64,000 nt of DNA from Alphaproteobacteria bacterium (GTDB lineage Bacteria; Pseudomonadota; Alphaproteobacteria; TMED109), in contig JAJDYI010000016.1 in assembly GCA_022825235.1 (NCBI GenBank), forward strand, positions 3,365 through 67,364. Direction: 5' to 3'. This document shows, piece by piece, positions 9,502 to 18,055 of the stretch (positions within the stretch are counted from its first letter, which is position 1; every line of letters starts with the position of its first letter). The notes beneath the pieces were generated by a model. It did no database searches, was not told the DNA's origin, and was given only the letters and a program-made list of their open reading frames with translations. Made by a program: the position numbers and the translations under genes.

Positions 9502-10488
9502 TCAGGCCGTTGCCACGAGCGCAAGCACGCTCGGCATGCCCTCGCCGCACCGTTCCCAGACGGCGTGATCGCTGACGCGCCACACCTCGCCCGTGTCCGT
9601 GCCAACCAGCACACCGCCCGGCACCCCCGGATCCACCGTCAGCCCGTGGAAGTTGGCGGCGCTCGGGGAATGTGCCTCGTCACACAGCGAACGCCACGAC
9701 TCGCCGCCATCTTCGGAACGGAACAACATGGCCTGCGCACCGTTTTCCTCGCGACAGTTCGAGAATGCCGAGGGTGCGCTCGCAACGGTCAGTCCGTACG
9801 GTGCGCGATGATCGATGCACATCGGGCGGGAGTAACGCGGCGTGATGCCCTTCCACGCGTAGGTCCAGGAGCGTCCGCCATCGCCGGAGCGAAACACCCC
9901 GGCATTTCCCTCCACGCTCTCCGCGATCCCGTCCAGACGTCCATACCCGGTGGTCGCGTACAGCCGGTCCGGCTCCACCGGGTGCGCGAACAACATGTGC
10001 AGGTCCGGATTATCGCCGGGACGGGCCACAGACCAAGTCTCGCCCGCATCCTCGGACAGGGCGATGCCGCCCACCTCCACGCCGGCCAAGATGCGCGCAC
10101 CGTCGACGACCAGGGCCCGCGCCCGCGCCGCGATCGGCGGATCCAGCGGAATGCACCATCCTCCGTCATCCGCCAATCGTGCGAGGCCCGCCACCTCCGT
10201 CCACGTAGCGCCACGATCTGCGCTTCGGAACAAACCCGTGGGCGCCGTCCCGGCGTAGAGCAAGCCGTCTCCGTTGGCACGGACCTGCCACACTTCCCTG
10301 CCTTCGAGACCCGATGGCCTCCACGTGACTCCGCGGTCGTCCGACACTTGCAAGCCGTCGTCCGTACCTGCGAACGTACGCCCGCCGATGCAGGCGAGTT
10401 CACGGACGGCGCGGCTCTGCAGGACCTGCTTCACCGCGCCCTCCGAGACGACAAAGACACCTTGGCTGGTTCCTGCACAGAGTTCCAT
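9502..10488 (-). CDS. BNR/Asp-box repeat beta-propeller protein (sialidase / Ycf48-like fold)
   Basis: Five S-x-D-x-G-x-[TS]-W boxes: SDDRGVTW, SADRGATW, SEDAGETW, SGDGGRSW, SEDGGESW. The track ORF extends to 10575. I prefer the ATG at 10488 (MELCAGTSQGVFVV) because GGGGAG lies about 9 nt upstream. Confidence 0.7.
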   Translation of the reverse strand: MELCAGTSQGVFVVSEGAVKQVLQSRAVRELACIGGRTFAGTDDGLQVSDDRGVTWRPSGLEGREVWQVRANGDGLLYAGTAPTGLFRSADRGATWTEVAGLARLADDGGWCIPLDPPIAARARALVVDGARILAGVEVGGIALSEDAGETWSVARPGDNPDLHMLFAHPVEPDRLYATTGYGRLDGIAESVEGNAGVFRSGDGGRSWTYAWKGITPRYSRPMCIDHRAPYGLTVASAPSAFSNCREENGAQAMLFRSEDGGESWRSLCDEAHSPSAANFHGLTVDPGVPGGVLVGTDTGEVWRVSDHAVWERCGEGMPSVLALVATA

Positions 10489-10671
10489 GCTGCTTCGCTC
10501 CCCGGTCGATGCCCGGTCGGTCAACACCGACCCGTCGCGGACCTTGTTGGTCGACCCGGCAATGCCGGGCCCCATGATGCCGACACCGCGGCAAGACGAG
10601 GCAAGGCCGCCCGTGACGGCAGAGCTATTCTATTGCTCGTAGGCCCTGTCCGCGTCAAAGACTGCGTGAGT

Positions 10672-10809
10672 CTATGCGGCCATCGGTTCCGCCGAAATCA
10701 CCGGGGCCGACGCACTGCCGGGCAGCACCTGGTCCGTGCGCTCGTAGTCGGCCTTGACCGGCTTGCCGGGTTCCTCGGTACCCGGCAGCCCGATGACCTC
10801 GCCCATCAT
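10672..10809 (-). CDS. Candidate 45-aa small protein (hypothetical)
   Basis: Not in the track (under 60 aa). My translation is MMGEVIGLPGTEEPGKPVKADYERTDQVLPGSASAPVISAEPMAA. 39 of 45 codons end in G/C, as in real genes here. It is on the same strand as both neighbours, and I see no clear RBS. Confidence 0.3.
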   Translation of the reverse strand: MMGEVIGLPGTEEPGKPVKADYERTDQVLPGSASAPVISAEPMAA

Positions 10810-10885
10810 GCACTCTGATGCGCCCTGGTCGGCACGCCAGGCTCGCCGTTATCCGGCATGATACCCGCCGCAGCGCCGGGGATCC

Positions 10886-11620
10886 TCACACGCGGCGGAA
10901 CACCTCGGCCGCGGTGACCCCCATCGCCAATGCCAGCACCACGGCCAGCAACCCATACTCCGCCGGGCGCTCCTGGGCGAGGTCGAACAGGAACGACTCG
11001 AAACCCACACGTTCAACCAGCAAGCGGTTGATCCTGCGGTGGGCCAGGATCCCCTCCCGAAACAGGAGCGTCTCCACCCAGTACTCACCAGGCGGAGTCT
11101 CCGCCGGCAGCGTCACCGTCGCGCGAAACAGGCGGCCGCCGATGATCTTGACCGGCTCCTGTTCCACCGCGTAGAGCCCGCGCCGCGTGAAGTTCCGGAT
11201 GAAACCCGCCCGGTGCGCGTCCGGAACGTCCGCGCGTACCTGGTACCGCACGTCGAGCTCCAGATCCTGGCGGAGATCGGCGGAGGCAATGGCGTCCAGG
11301 GGACGTGACGCCGCCACCGAATAGAACGACGGCACCGTGCCGACGCCCACACGATCGCCGTTCAGCCAGATCCCGCCGGTATTGATCTTCTGGCGCACGG
11401 CTATTTCCGTGGGCGGCCCAACCACCCTGACGACCACGTCACCCCGCCGGTCAAGGGCGCCAAAGAGCAGCAGCTCCGCCCCGGTGAACGCCGCATCGAT
11501 GTGGATGCGGTGATTCGCGAGATCCACCAACATTGGCATCTGGGCGGGAGCGCTCCCGGCGAGGACGGCGCCCGAGGCGGCCACCGCCGCTAGAGCGAAG
11601 GCCCTGCGCCACTTCCTCAC
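10886..11620 (-). CDS. Conserved alphaproteobacterial exported protein with C-terminal TM anchor (resembles TIGR02186 / Alph_Pro_TM family)
   Basis: 244 aa with a signal peptide (AFALAAVAASGAVLAGSAPA) and a C-terminal TM helix (YGLLAVVLALAMGVTAA). It overlaps the upstream TauE gene stop by 4 nt. The family name is from memory, not from a search. Confidence 0.6.
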   Translation of the reverse strand: MRKWRRAFALAAVAASGAVLAGSAPAQMPMLVDLANHRIHIDAAFTGAELLLFGALDRRGDVVVRVVGPPTEIAVRQKINTGGIWLNGDRVGVGTVPSFYSVAASRPLDAIASADLRQDLELDVRYQVRADVPDAHRAGFIRNFTRRGLYAVEQEPVKIIGGRLFRATVTLPAETPPGEYWVETLLFREGILAHRRINRLLVERVGFESFLFDLAQERPAEYGLLAVVLALAMGVTAAEVFRRV

Positions 11621-12525
11621 GGCAACCGCTCCACGAAGAACGGATCGTCGGGCGGCAGCACAAGGTTGACTCCCAGCATGATGACGACGAGCAGGACCAG
11701 GCCTGCCATCAGGAAGCGGATTTGCTCGCCCCGAAGCCGGACCATGAGCCGCGAGCCGACCTGCGCGCCGACGACGGCGCCGATCAGGAGCAGCAGCCCG
11801 AGGAGCAGGTCGACGTTCTGGTTGAAGGCCGCGTGCAGGAACGTGGCGATCGTCGTCACGACCGCGATCTGCAGCAGCGACGTTCCCACGACCACCTGCG
11901 TGGGCACCCCCAGCAGGTAGATCATGGCGGGAACCAGGATGAATCCACCGCCAACGCCCATGATGGTCGAGAGTACACCGACTACGAACCCGGTGAGCAC
12001 CGGCGGGACGATGCTCATGTACCGACCGGACCGCCGGAACGGCACCCTTAGCGGAAGGCCGCGCAAGAGAGTCTGTCGGCTGGGGCGGTACCGGATGCCG
12101 AGACGGTGCCTGCGCAGCGCCCGCAAGCTCTCCAGACCCATCAGGACGCCCACGGTACCGAGCACCACGACGTAGATCAGCGAGATCGCGTCGTCGATCT
12201 GGCCGAGGCGGCTGAGGAGTCGGAAGATCGCCAAGCCCGTTACGGCGCCCAACGTGCCGCCGGCGAGGAGCACCAGCCCCATGCGGAGATCCACGTTGCC
12301 ACGCCGGGCATGGGCGACCAGCCCGGACACCGATGAAGCCGCGATGTGACTTGCCTCTGAACCCACCGCCACCGTCGGCGGAATGCCGATCAGGATCAGG
12401 AGGGGGGTTGTGAGGAACCCTCCGCCCAGGCCGAACATCCCAGACAGAATGCCCGTGCCAAACCCGATCCCCAGCAGGAGCACGATGCTGACCGGCATGC
12501 CGGCGATCGGCAGGTAGATCTCCAC
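11617..12525 (-). CDS. Sulfite exporter TauE/SafE family (DUF81) membrane protein
   Basis: 302 aa, polytopic, with a duplicated GxGGG motif (GMFGLGGGFLTTPLL ... IMGVGGGFILVPAMIYL). Confidence 0.85.
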   Translation of the reverse strand: MEIYLPIAGMPVSIVLLLGIGFGTGILSGMFGLGGGFLTTPLLILIGIPPTVAVGSEASHIAASSVSGLVAHARRGNVDLRMGLVLLAGGTLGAVTGLAIFRLLSRLGQIDDAISLIYVVVLGTVGVLMGLESLRALRRHRLGIRYRPSRQTLLRGLPLRVPFRRSGRYMSIVPPVLTGFVVGVLSTIMGVGGGFILVPAMIYLLGVPTQVVVGTSLLQIAVVTTIATFLHAAFNQNVDLLLGLLLLIGAVVGAQVGSRLMVRLRGEQIRFLMAGLVLLVVIMLGVNLVLPPDDPFFVERLP

Positions 12526-12558
12526 GCGACGCTGCCTGCGCTGGTTCCCGGTGCAGCT

Positions 12559-13581
12559 CTACAGGAAGCCGACGATGCGCTTCACTTCGCTCACCACCGG
12601 TGCAGCGATCGCCGTCGCCCGTTCCGCGCCGGAGTCGAGGATCGCCTCCAGCTCCACCCGGTCGTCGAGGAGGTCCCGGGTCCGGTCCGCGAGCGGCGCG
12701 AGCGAGGCCACGGCGAGTTCCGAGAGATCGCTCTTGAATCGGCTGAACTCCGCGCCGGCGTACGAAGCCACGACAGCGGCAACCGGCTTGCCCGCCAAGG
12801 CGGCGAAGATCGTCAAGAGGTTCGCGGCCTCGGGCCGGTTCTCGATCAGCTCGCGGCCGAGTCCCCCGTCATCGTCCAGCGCTGATTCGTCCGGCAGGCG
12901 CTCCGGGTCGGTCCTTGCCCGGCGGATTTTCTTCGCGATCGTGTCCGCGTCATCGGTCAGCCCGATCCGGGACTGCTCGGAAGGGTCCGACTTGGACATC
13001 TTCGCACGACCATCGCGCAGGCTCATCACCCGGGTCGCCTCCCCATGGATCAGCGGCTCGATGACGGGGAAGAACTCGCGACCGTAGTCGTGGTTGAACT
13101 TCTGCGCGATATCGCGCGCGAGCTCCAGGTGCTGGCGCTGGTCGTCCCCGACCGGGACCCGGTCAGCCCGGTAGGCGAGGATGTCGGCAGCCATCAGGCA
13201 TGGGTACACGTAAAGGCCGGCCGAGGCGTTCTCCCGGTGCTTCCCGGCCTTCTCCTTGAACTGGGTCATCCGGTTCAGCCAGCCCAGCCGCGCGACACAA
13301 TTGAAGACCCAAGCCAACTCCGCGTGCTGCACGACCCGCGACTGGTTGAAGATGATGCTCCGCCGCGGATCGATGCCCGCCGCGATGAAGGTCGCCGCCA
13401 CTTCCAGGATCTGTTCGCGAAGTGCCTCCGGGTCCTGGTGCACGGTGATCGCATGGAGATCGACCACGCAGTAGATGGTCTCGTACTCGTCCTGCAGCGA
13501 GACAAAGTTCCGAATGGCGCCCAGATAGTTGCCCAGGTGCAGGTTGCCGGTGGGCTGCACTCCCGAAAACACCCTAGGCAT
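12559..13581 (-). CDS. trpS: Tryptophan--tRNA ligase
   Basis: The start is trimmed to the ATG at 13581: [21 protein letters not shown] (HIGH-type motif), plus KMSKSDP (KMSKS). Confidence 0.9.
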   Translation of the reverse strand: MPRVFSGVQPTGNLHLGNYLGAIRNFVSLQDEYETIYCVVDLHAITVHQDPEALREQILEVAATFIAAGIDPRRSIIFNQSRVVQHAELAWVFNCVARLGWLNRMTQFKEKAGKHRENASAGLYVYPCLMAADILAYRADRVPVGDDQRQHLELARDIAQKFNHDYGREFFPVIEPLIHGEATRVMSLRDGRAKMSKSDPSEQSRIGLTDDADTIAKKIRRARTDPERLPDESALDDDGGLGRELIENRPEAANLLTIFAALAGKPVAAVVASYAGAEFSRFKSDLSELAVASLAPLADRTRDLLDDRVELEAILDSGAERATAIAAPVVSEVKRIVGFL

Positions 13582-13678
13582 CAGGCATCTCGCGCAATTC
13601 CGAAGTGCGGCAACATAGCAAAGACTGGGCCGCGACCGGAGCCGGCGACAGGCGGGTGCCGTCGAAGACCGCGGCCGG

Positions 13679-15223
13679 TCATCGGGAGCGGGCTCGCCGG
13701 ACGGCAACCGCCAGATCCCGGCGCCGCACCACGCCGAGCACGAGCGCCAGCCCGGCGAAGACGGCGACGCCGCCGACCACCAGCAACGCGAGCGTCACCG
13801 TCGCCGCAAACGGGACCAGCTCGGCGAGCCCGGCCCGCATCGGATCGGCCAGGTACGCAAGGGCGACGAGTGGAGCGGCGGCCAGCACGACCCGGAACCC
13901 CCTGCCGACGGACGCCCGGCTGACAGCGGCATAACCCCGCCGCACGACCAACACGGTGAGCAAACCCGCGTGCGCCCAGGCCGACACCGACTGCGCCAGT
14001 GCGATCCCGACATGCGCCAGCACCGGCATCAACAGCACGATGAAGACGACATTCACCAGCATCGCCACGGCGGCCATCTTCACCGGCGTCGACGTATCGA
14101 AGCGCGCGAAGAACGAGGCGACCAGCGCCTGCGTCAGTACCATTGCCGGCACCCCCCAGGCATAGGCCTTGAGTGCCGCTGCCGTCGCGGCCGTATCCTC
14201 CGAAGTGAACGACCCCCGCTCGAACAGCACTTCGATGGCAAGCTCGGCCACCGCCCAAAGGCCGACGGCAGCCGGCACCGAGAGGCCAAGAGCGATCGCG
14301 CTCGCCTGCTGTTGCTCGCGCCGGCCCGTGGCCGCACCGGACCCGTGCAGGCGCCGCGCGAGCGCAGGCAGCAGGGCTGTCCGAACGGCGATGCCCACCA
14401 CCGCAATGGGCAGGTGGACGAGATGGTGCGCGTAGTTAAGCCAGGAGACCGCTCCCGGCACCACACTCGCGAACATCGTGCCGACCATGACGTTGAACTG
14501 GGTCACCCCCGAGCCGATCACTCCGGGGACCATCAGGCGGCCGAATTTCCGAAGGTCGGGCGTGAGCCGCGGCCGACCCGGCAGGATCGGCAGGCCGGCG
14601 CGCCAGCAATCAAGCGCGACCAGCGCCAGCTGCGCCACACCCCCGACCAGCACGCCCCAAGCGAGGGCGTGCGCCGGCGTCTCGAACCACCCGGCTGCAA
14701 ACAACAGCGCGCCGATCAGCGCCAGGTTCAGAAGAAGCGGCGCCGCGGCTGCCGCGGCAAACCGGAAGACCGCATTGAGCACGGCGGCGAAGAACGCCGT
14801 CATCGTGATCAGGGCGAGATAGGGAAACGTGACCCGGGCCAGCGACAGCGCTGCCTGGAAGCGCTCGCCGGTCTCGGGAAACCCCGGGGCCAGCACCGCC
14901 ACCACCGTCGGCATGAGCCATTCCGCCAGCAGGGTGAACGGGACCAGCACGACCAGCAGCACAGACGCGACGGCCGCGCCGAAGGCTCGGGCCGCATCGG
15001 GGCCCTCCCGCTCAAGCCGGGCGGCGAATACCGGCACGAATGCGGCCGAGAACGCGCCCTCGGCAAAGAGCGCCCGAAACAGGTTCGGGAGCCGAAGGGC
15101 GAGAAAGAACGCATCGGCGAGGGGACCGGCCCCGAGTGCAGCCGCGATCAGCAGGTCGCGAACGAGGCCCAGTGCACGGCTGGCAAGCGTCAATCCCCCG
15201 ACCGTGGCGACAGGGGCGGCCAT
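13679..15223 (-). CDS. murJ: Lipid II flippase MurJ (MviN)
   Basis: The start is trimmed to the ATG at 15223: [66 protein letters not shown]. The protein is polytopic and sits in the conserved glnD-murJ arrangement. Confidence 0.9.
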   Translation of the reverse strand: MAAPVATVGGLTLASRALGLVRDLLIAAALGAGPLADAFFLALRLPNLFRALFAEGAFSAAFVPVFAARLEREGPDAARAFGAAVASVLLVVLVPFTLLAEWLMPTVVAVLAPGFPETGERFQAALSLARVTFPYLALITMTAFFAAVLNAVFRFAAAAAAPLLLNLALIGALLFAAGWFETPAHALAWGVLVGGVAQLALVALDCWRAGLPILPGRPRLTPDLRKFGRLMVPGVIGSGVTQFNVMVGTMFASVVPGAVSWLNYAHHLVHLPIAVVGIAVRTALLPALARRLHGSGAATGRREQQQASAIALGLSVPAAVGLWAVAELAIEVLFERGSFTSEDTAATAAALKAYAWGVPAMVLTQALVASFFARFDTSTPVKMAAVAMLVNVVFIVLLMPVLAHVGIALAQSVSAWAHAGLLTVLVVRRGYAAVSRASVGRGFRVVLAAAPLVALAYLADPMRAGLAELVPFAATVTLALLVVGGVAVFAGLALVLGVVRRRDLAVAVRRARSR

Positions 15224-15245
15224 GTGCCGGCTGCCCGGCGTCGGC

Positions 15246-17993
15246 TCAGGCAGCCTTCGGGTCCGCGATGGCGTTCCCCGGCAGCGCGGACAGGACCCCG
15301 AGCAGGTGCTGCCGAACCCGCTCCAGCTCGGCCCCGTCGGTGATCTTGCCGCCAAATCCGTTCTGCACGTAAAACACGTCAATTGCCCGTTCGCCGTGGG
15401 TCGAAACCCTGGCACCAGACACCGACACCCCAAGCTCGAGCAGCGCCCCTGCGATGGCCAGCAGCAGCCCGGGCTGATCGCGCGCCTCGATCTCGATCAC
15501 GGTGCGGCTGGCGCTTGCCTCGTTGTCGGTACGCACGAGCGGAGCGACCCGGAACACGTCGGTCCGGCTCCGGAACCTAGGCCGCACCTCCTGGAGGATG
15601 TGGTCGACGTCGGGTTCGTCGCGCACGAACTTCTCGATCGAGGCCAGCAGCGTCTTGATCCGCCGCGGGTCGTCGAAGGCGGCGCCGCTCTGCGCCTCGA
15701 TCAGGAAGGTGTCCATCGCCATGCCGTCGCGGGACGTCATCACCTTCGCGTCGGCAACGCCTGCGTCGGCGAGCGTGATCGCGGCCACGATCCGCGCGAA
15801 CTGGCCCCGGTGATCCGGCGCGTAGACCGTGATTTCCGCCGTGCGTCCGCCGGTGCGAACGTGCCAGTCGAGGGCCAGCGGGCGCCCTGCCTGGTCGGCC
15901 GCGCGAACCGCGCGGGCGATGCGCGCGAGCGTGTCCGAATCGTGCACGGCCCAGAAGTGCGCCCGGCAGCGCTGGACGAAGGCGTCGACATCCGCCGCCG
16001 GCCAGTCCGTCATCAGGGCGCGGAAGCCCTCCATGGTCTCGTCGATGCGCGCGTCGTGGGTGTCCTTCAGGCTCGCGCCCTGCATGACGGCGAGCGCCAT
16101 GTCGAAGGCTTCCTCCAGCAAGTCGGCCTTCCACCGCGTCCAGACGCCCGGCCCGACCGCGGCGATGTCGCACGCCGTGAGCACGTAGAGGAGCCGAAGG
16201 CGCTCCGGCGACTGGATGCGGGCGACGATGTCGGCGACGGTCTGCGGATCCTGCACGTCGCGCTTGAATGCCATTCCCGACAGGTACAGGTGCTCGCGTA
16301 CCAGCCACGCGACCGTCTCGGTCTCCTCGGTATCCAGCCCCAACCGGGGGCCCAGCTCACGCGCCACCTCGGCACCCAGAAGCGAATGGTCACCACCCCT
16401 CCCCTTCGCGATGTCGTGCAGGAACACGGCGAGGTACAGGACCCGCCGCGACTGCAAGTTGCGGGCGACGCGCGTGACGCGGGCCAGGTCGTCCGGGGCC
16501 TCGCCGCGCTCAATCGCCGACAGCATGCCGACGGCGCGAATCGTGTGCTCGTCGACCGTGTACACGTGGTACATGTCGTGCTGCGTCTGGGCGACGACCC
16601 GCCCGAAGTCCGGCACGAAGCGGCCAAGCACGCCCGTCTCCGCCATCTGCCTGAGCACCGGCTCCGGGTCGTTCCGCGATGCCAGCAGGTCGAGAAACAC
16701 GCTCCCGGCGGCCACGTCGGCGCGCAGGTGATCAACGCTCCGCACCCGCGTCTGCAGTTCGCGACGCAGCGCCGGGTGCAGCAGCAGGCCGTGTTCGGCC
16801 GCGACCCGGAAGGTCTTCAGGATGTCGACCGGGGAGCGGTCGAAGACGGCGGGATCCGGCTGCACCATTTCGCCGTTCCGCACCTCGTATCCCTCGACCT
16901 TGCGGGCCGGTAGGCGCAGCCAGCCGAACATGGAACGGGCCCGGCGCTGCTCGCGCAGGTTCGACAGCACGGTTCCGGTGATCTCACCGACGCGTTTGGT
17001 CGTCAGGAAGTAGTGCTTCATGAACCGCTCGATGCGGTTGGCGCCGGGACGGTCCCGGTAGCCCATGCGCGCCGCCAGCGGCGGCTGCAGGTCGAACATC
17101 ACGCGCTCTTCCGCCCGGCCGCTCTCGAAATGGAGGTGGCAGCGCACCGAGAGCAGGAACTGCAGCGCGCGCTCGAACGCAACCCGGTCCGCCTCGGAGA
17201 ACAGTCCGCGCTCGACCGCGATGCGCATGTCGTCCCGGCCGTACAGGATCTGGACGATCCAGCGGAGCAGGTGCAGGTCCCGCAGGCCGCCCTTGCCTTC
17301 CTTCAGGTTGGGCTCGTTGACGTAGCGGGTGTCGCCCATGCGGATGTGGCGGCGATCCCGTTCCCGCACCTTGGCCTGCACGAACGCCGCACCTGACCGC
17401 CCGACGAACCTGGTCCGGAACTGTCGCTGGAACCGGCCGGCCGTGGCCTGGTTGCCGTACACGAACCGGTGGTCCAGCAGATTCGTGGCAATGGTCCAGT
17501 CCGACCGCGCCGCCCGGACGCACTCGTCGATGCTGCGCGCGGCGTGACCCACGGTGAAGTTGAGGTCCCACAGCACGTACAGGATGAACTGGATCAGCTC
17601 CTTGGTGGCCGGCCCCGGCTGCGAGCTCGTGAGGAACAGCACGTCAACGTCCGAATGCGGACAGACTTCCCGGCGCCCGTAACCACCCACCGCCAGCACC
17701 GCCATGTCGTCGACGACCGCGTCGTCGACCAGGCCGCCCCGCCGCGCGCCGTCCACCAGAAACGCCAGCACCTGATCAAGCAGGAACGCGTATTCGCGGA
17801 CGGCGGGAAGCCCCTGCGCGCTCCGCTGGAACCGGGCCTGGATTTCGTCGCGGCCGGCCGCGACTGCGCCACGCAGCAGACCGGCCAGCGCCTGTCGCCA
17901 GGCTTCGGGACCGTCCGTCCGTTCCCGCAGCACCTCCGCCTCGGCGACCAGCGCGCGCCGCGCGATGATCCTCCTCGGCTCAACGATATCCAT
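15246..17993 (-). CDS. glnD: Bifunctional [protein-PII] uridylyltransferase / uridylyl-removing enzyme
   Basis: 915 aa with a nucleotidyltransferase region (AVGGYGRREVCPHSDVDVLFL), an HD domain (LAVFLHDIAKG) and two C-terminal ACT-like segments. Confidence 0.9.
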   Translation of the reverse strand: MDIVEPRRIIARRALVAEAEVLRERTDGPEAWRQALAGLLRGAVAAGRDEIQARFQRSAQGLPAVREYAFLLDQVLAFLVDGARRGGLVDDAVVDDMAVLAVGGYGRREVCPHSDVDVLFLTSSQPGPATKELIQFILYVLWDLNFTVGHAARSIDECVRAARSDWTIATNLLDHRFVYGNQATAGRFQRQFRTRFVGRSGAAFVQAKVRERDRRHIRMGDTRYVNEPNLKEGKGGLRDLHLLRWIVQILYGRDDMRIAVERGLFSEADRVAFERALQFLLSVRCHLHFESGRAEERVMFDLQPPLAARMGYRDRPGANRIERFMKHYFLTTKRVGEITGTVLSNLREQRRARSMFGWLRLPARKVEGYEVRNGEMVQPDPAVFDRSPVDILKTFRVAAEHGLLLHPALRRELQTRVRSVDHLRADVAAGSVFLDLLASRNDPEPVLRQMAETGVLGRFVPDFGRVVAQTQHDMYHVYTVDEHTIRAVGMLSAIERGEAPDDLARVTRVARNLQSRRVLYLAVFLHDIAKGRGGDHSLLGAEVARELGPRLGLDTEETETVAWLVREHLYLSGMAFKRDVQDPQTVADIVARIQSPERLRLLYVLTACDIAAVGPGVWTRWKADLLEEAFDMALAVMQGASLKDTHDARIDETMEGFRALMTDWPAADVDAFVQRCRAHFWAVHDSDTLARIARAVRAADQAGRPLALDWHVRTGGRTAEITVYAPDHRGQFARIVAAITLADAGVADAKVMTSRDGMAMDTFLIEAQSGAAFDDPRRIKTLLASIEKFVRDEPDVDHILQEVRPRFRSRTDVFRVAPLVRTDNEASASRTVIEIEARDQPGLLLAIAGALLELGVSVSGARVSTHGERAIDVFYVQNGFGGKITDGAELERVRQHLLGVLSALPGNAIADPKAA

Positions 17994-18055
17994 GACCGAT
18001 CACCCCAGGCCCCCAACCGCGTGCCGCGCGGAGACCGAATCCCCCACGCGGGCCG

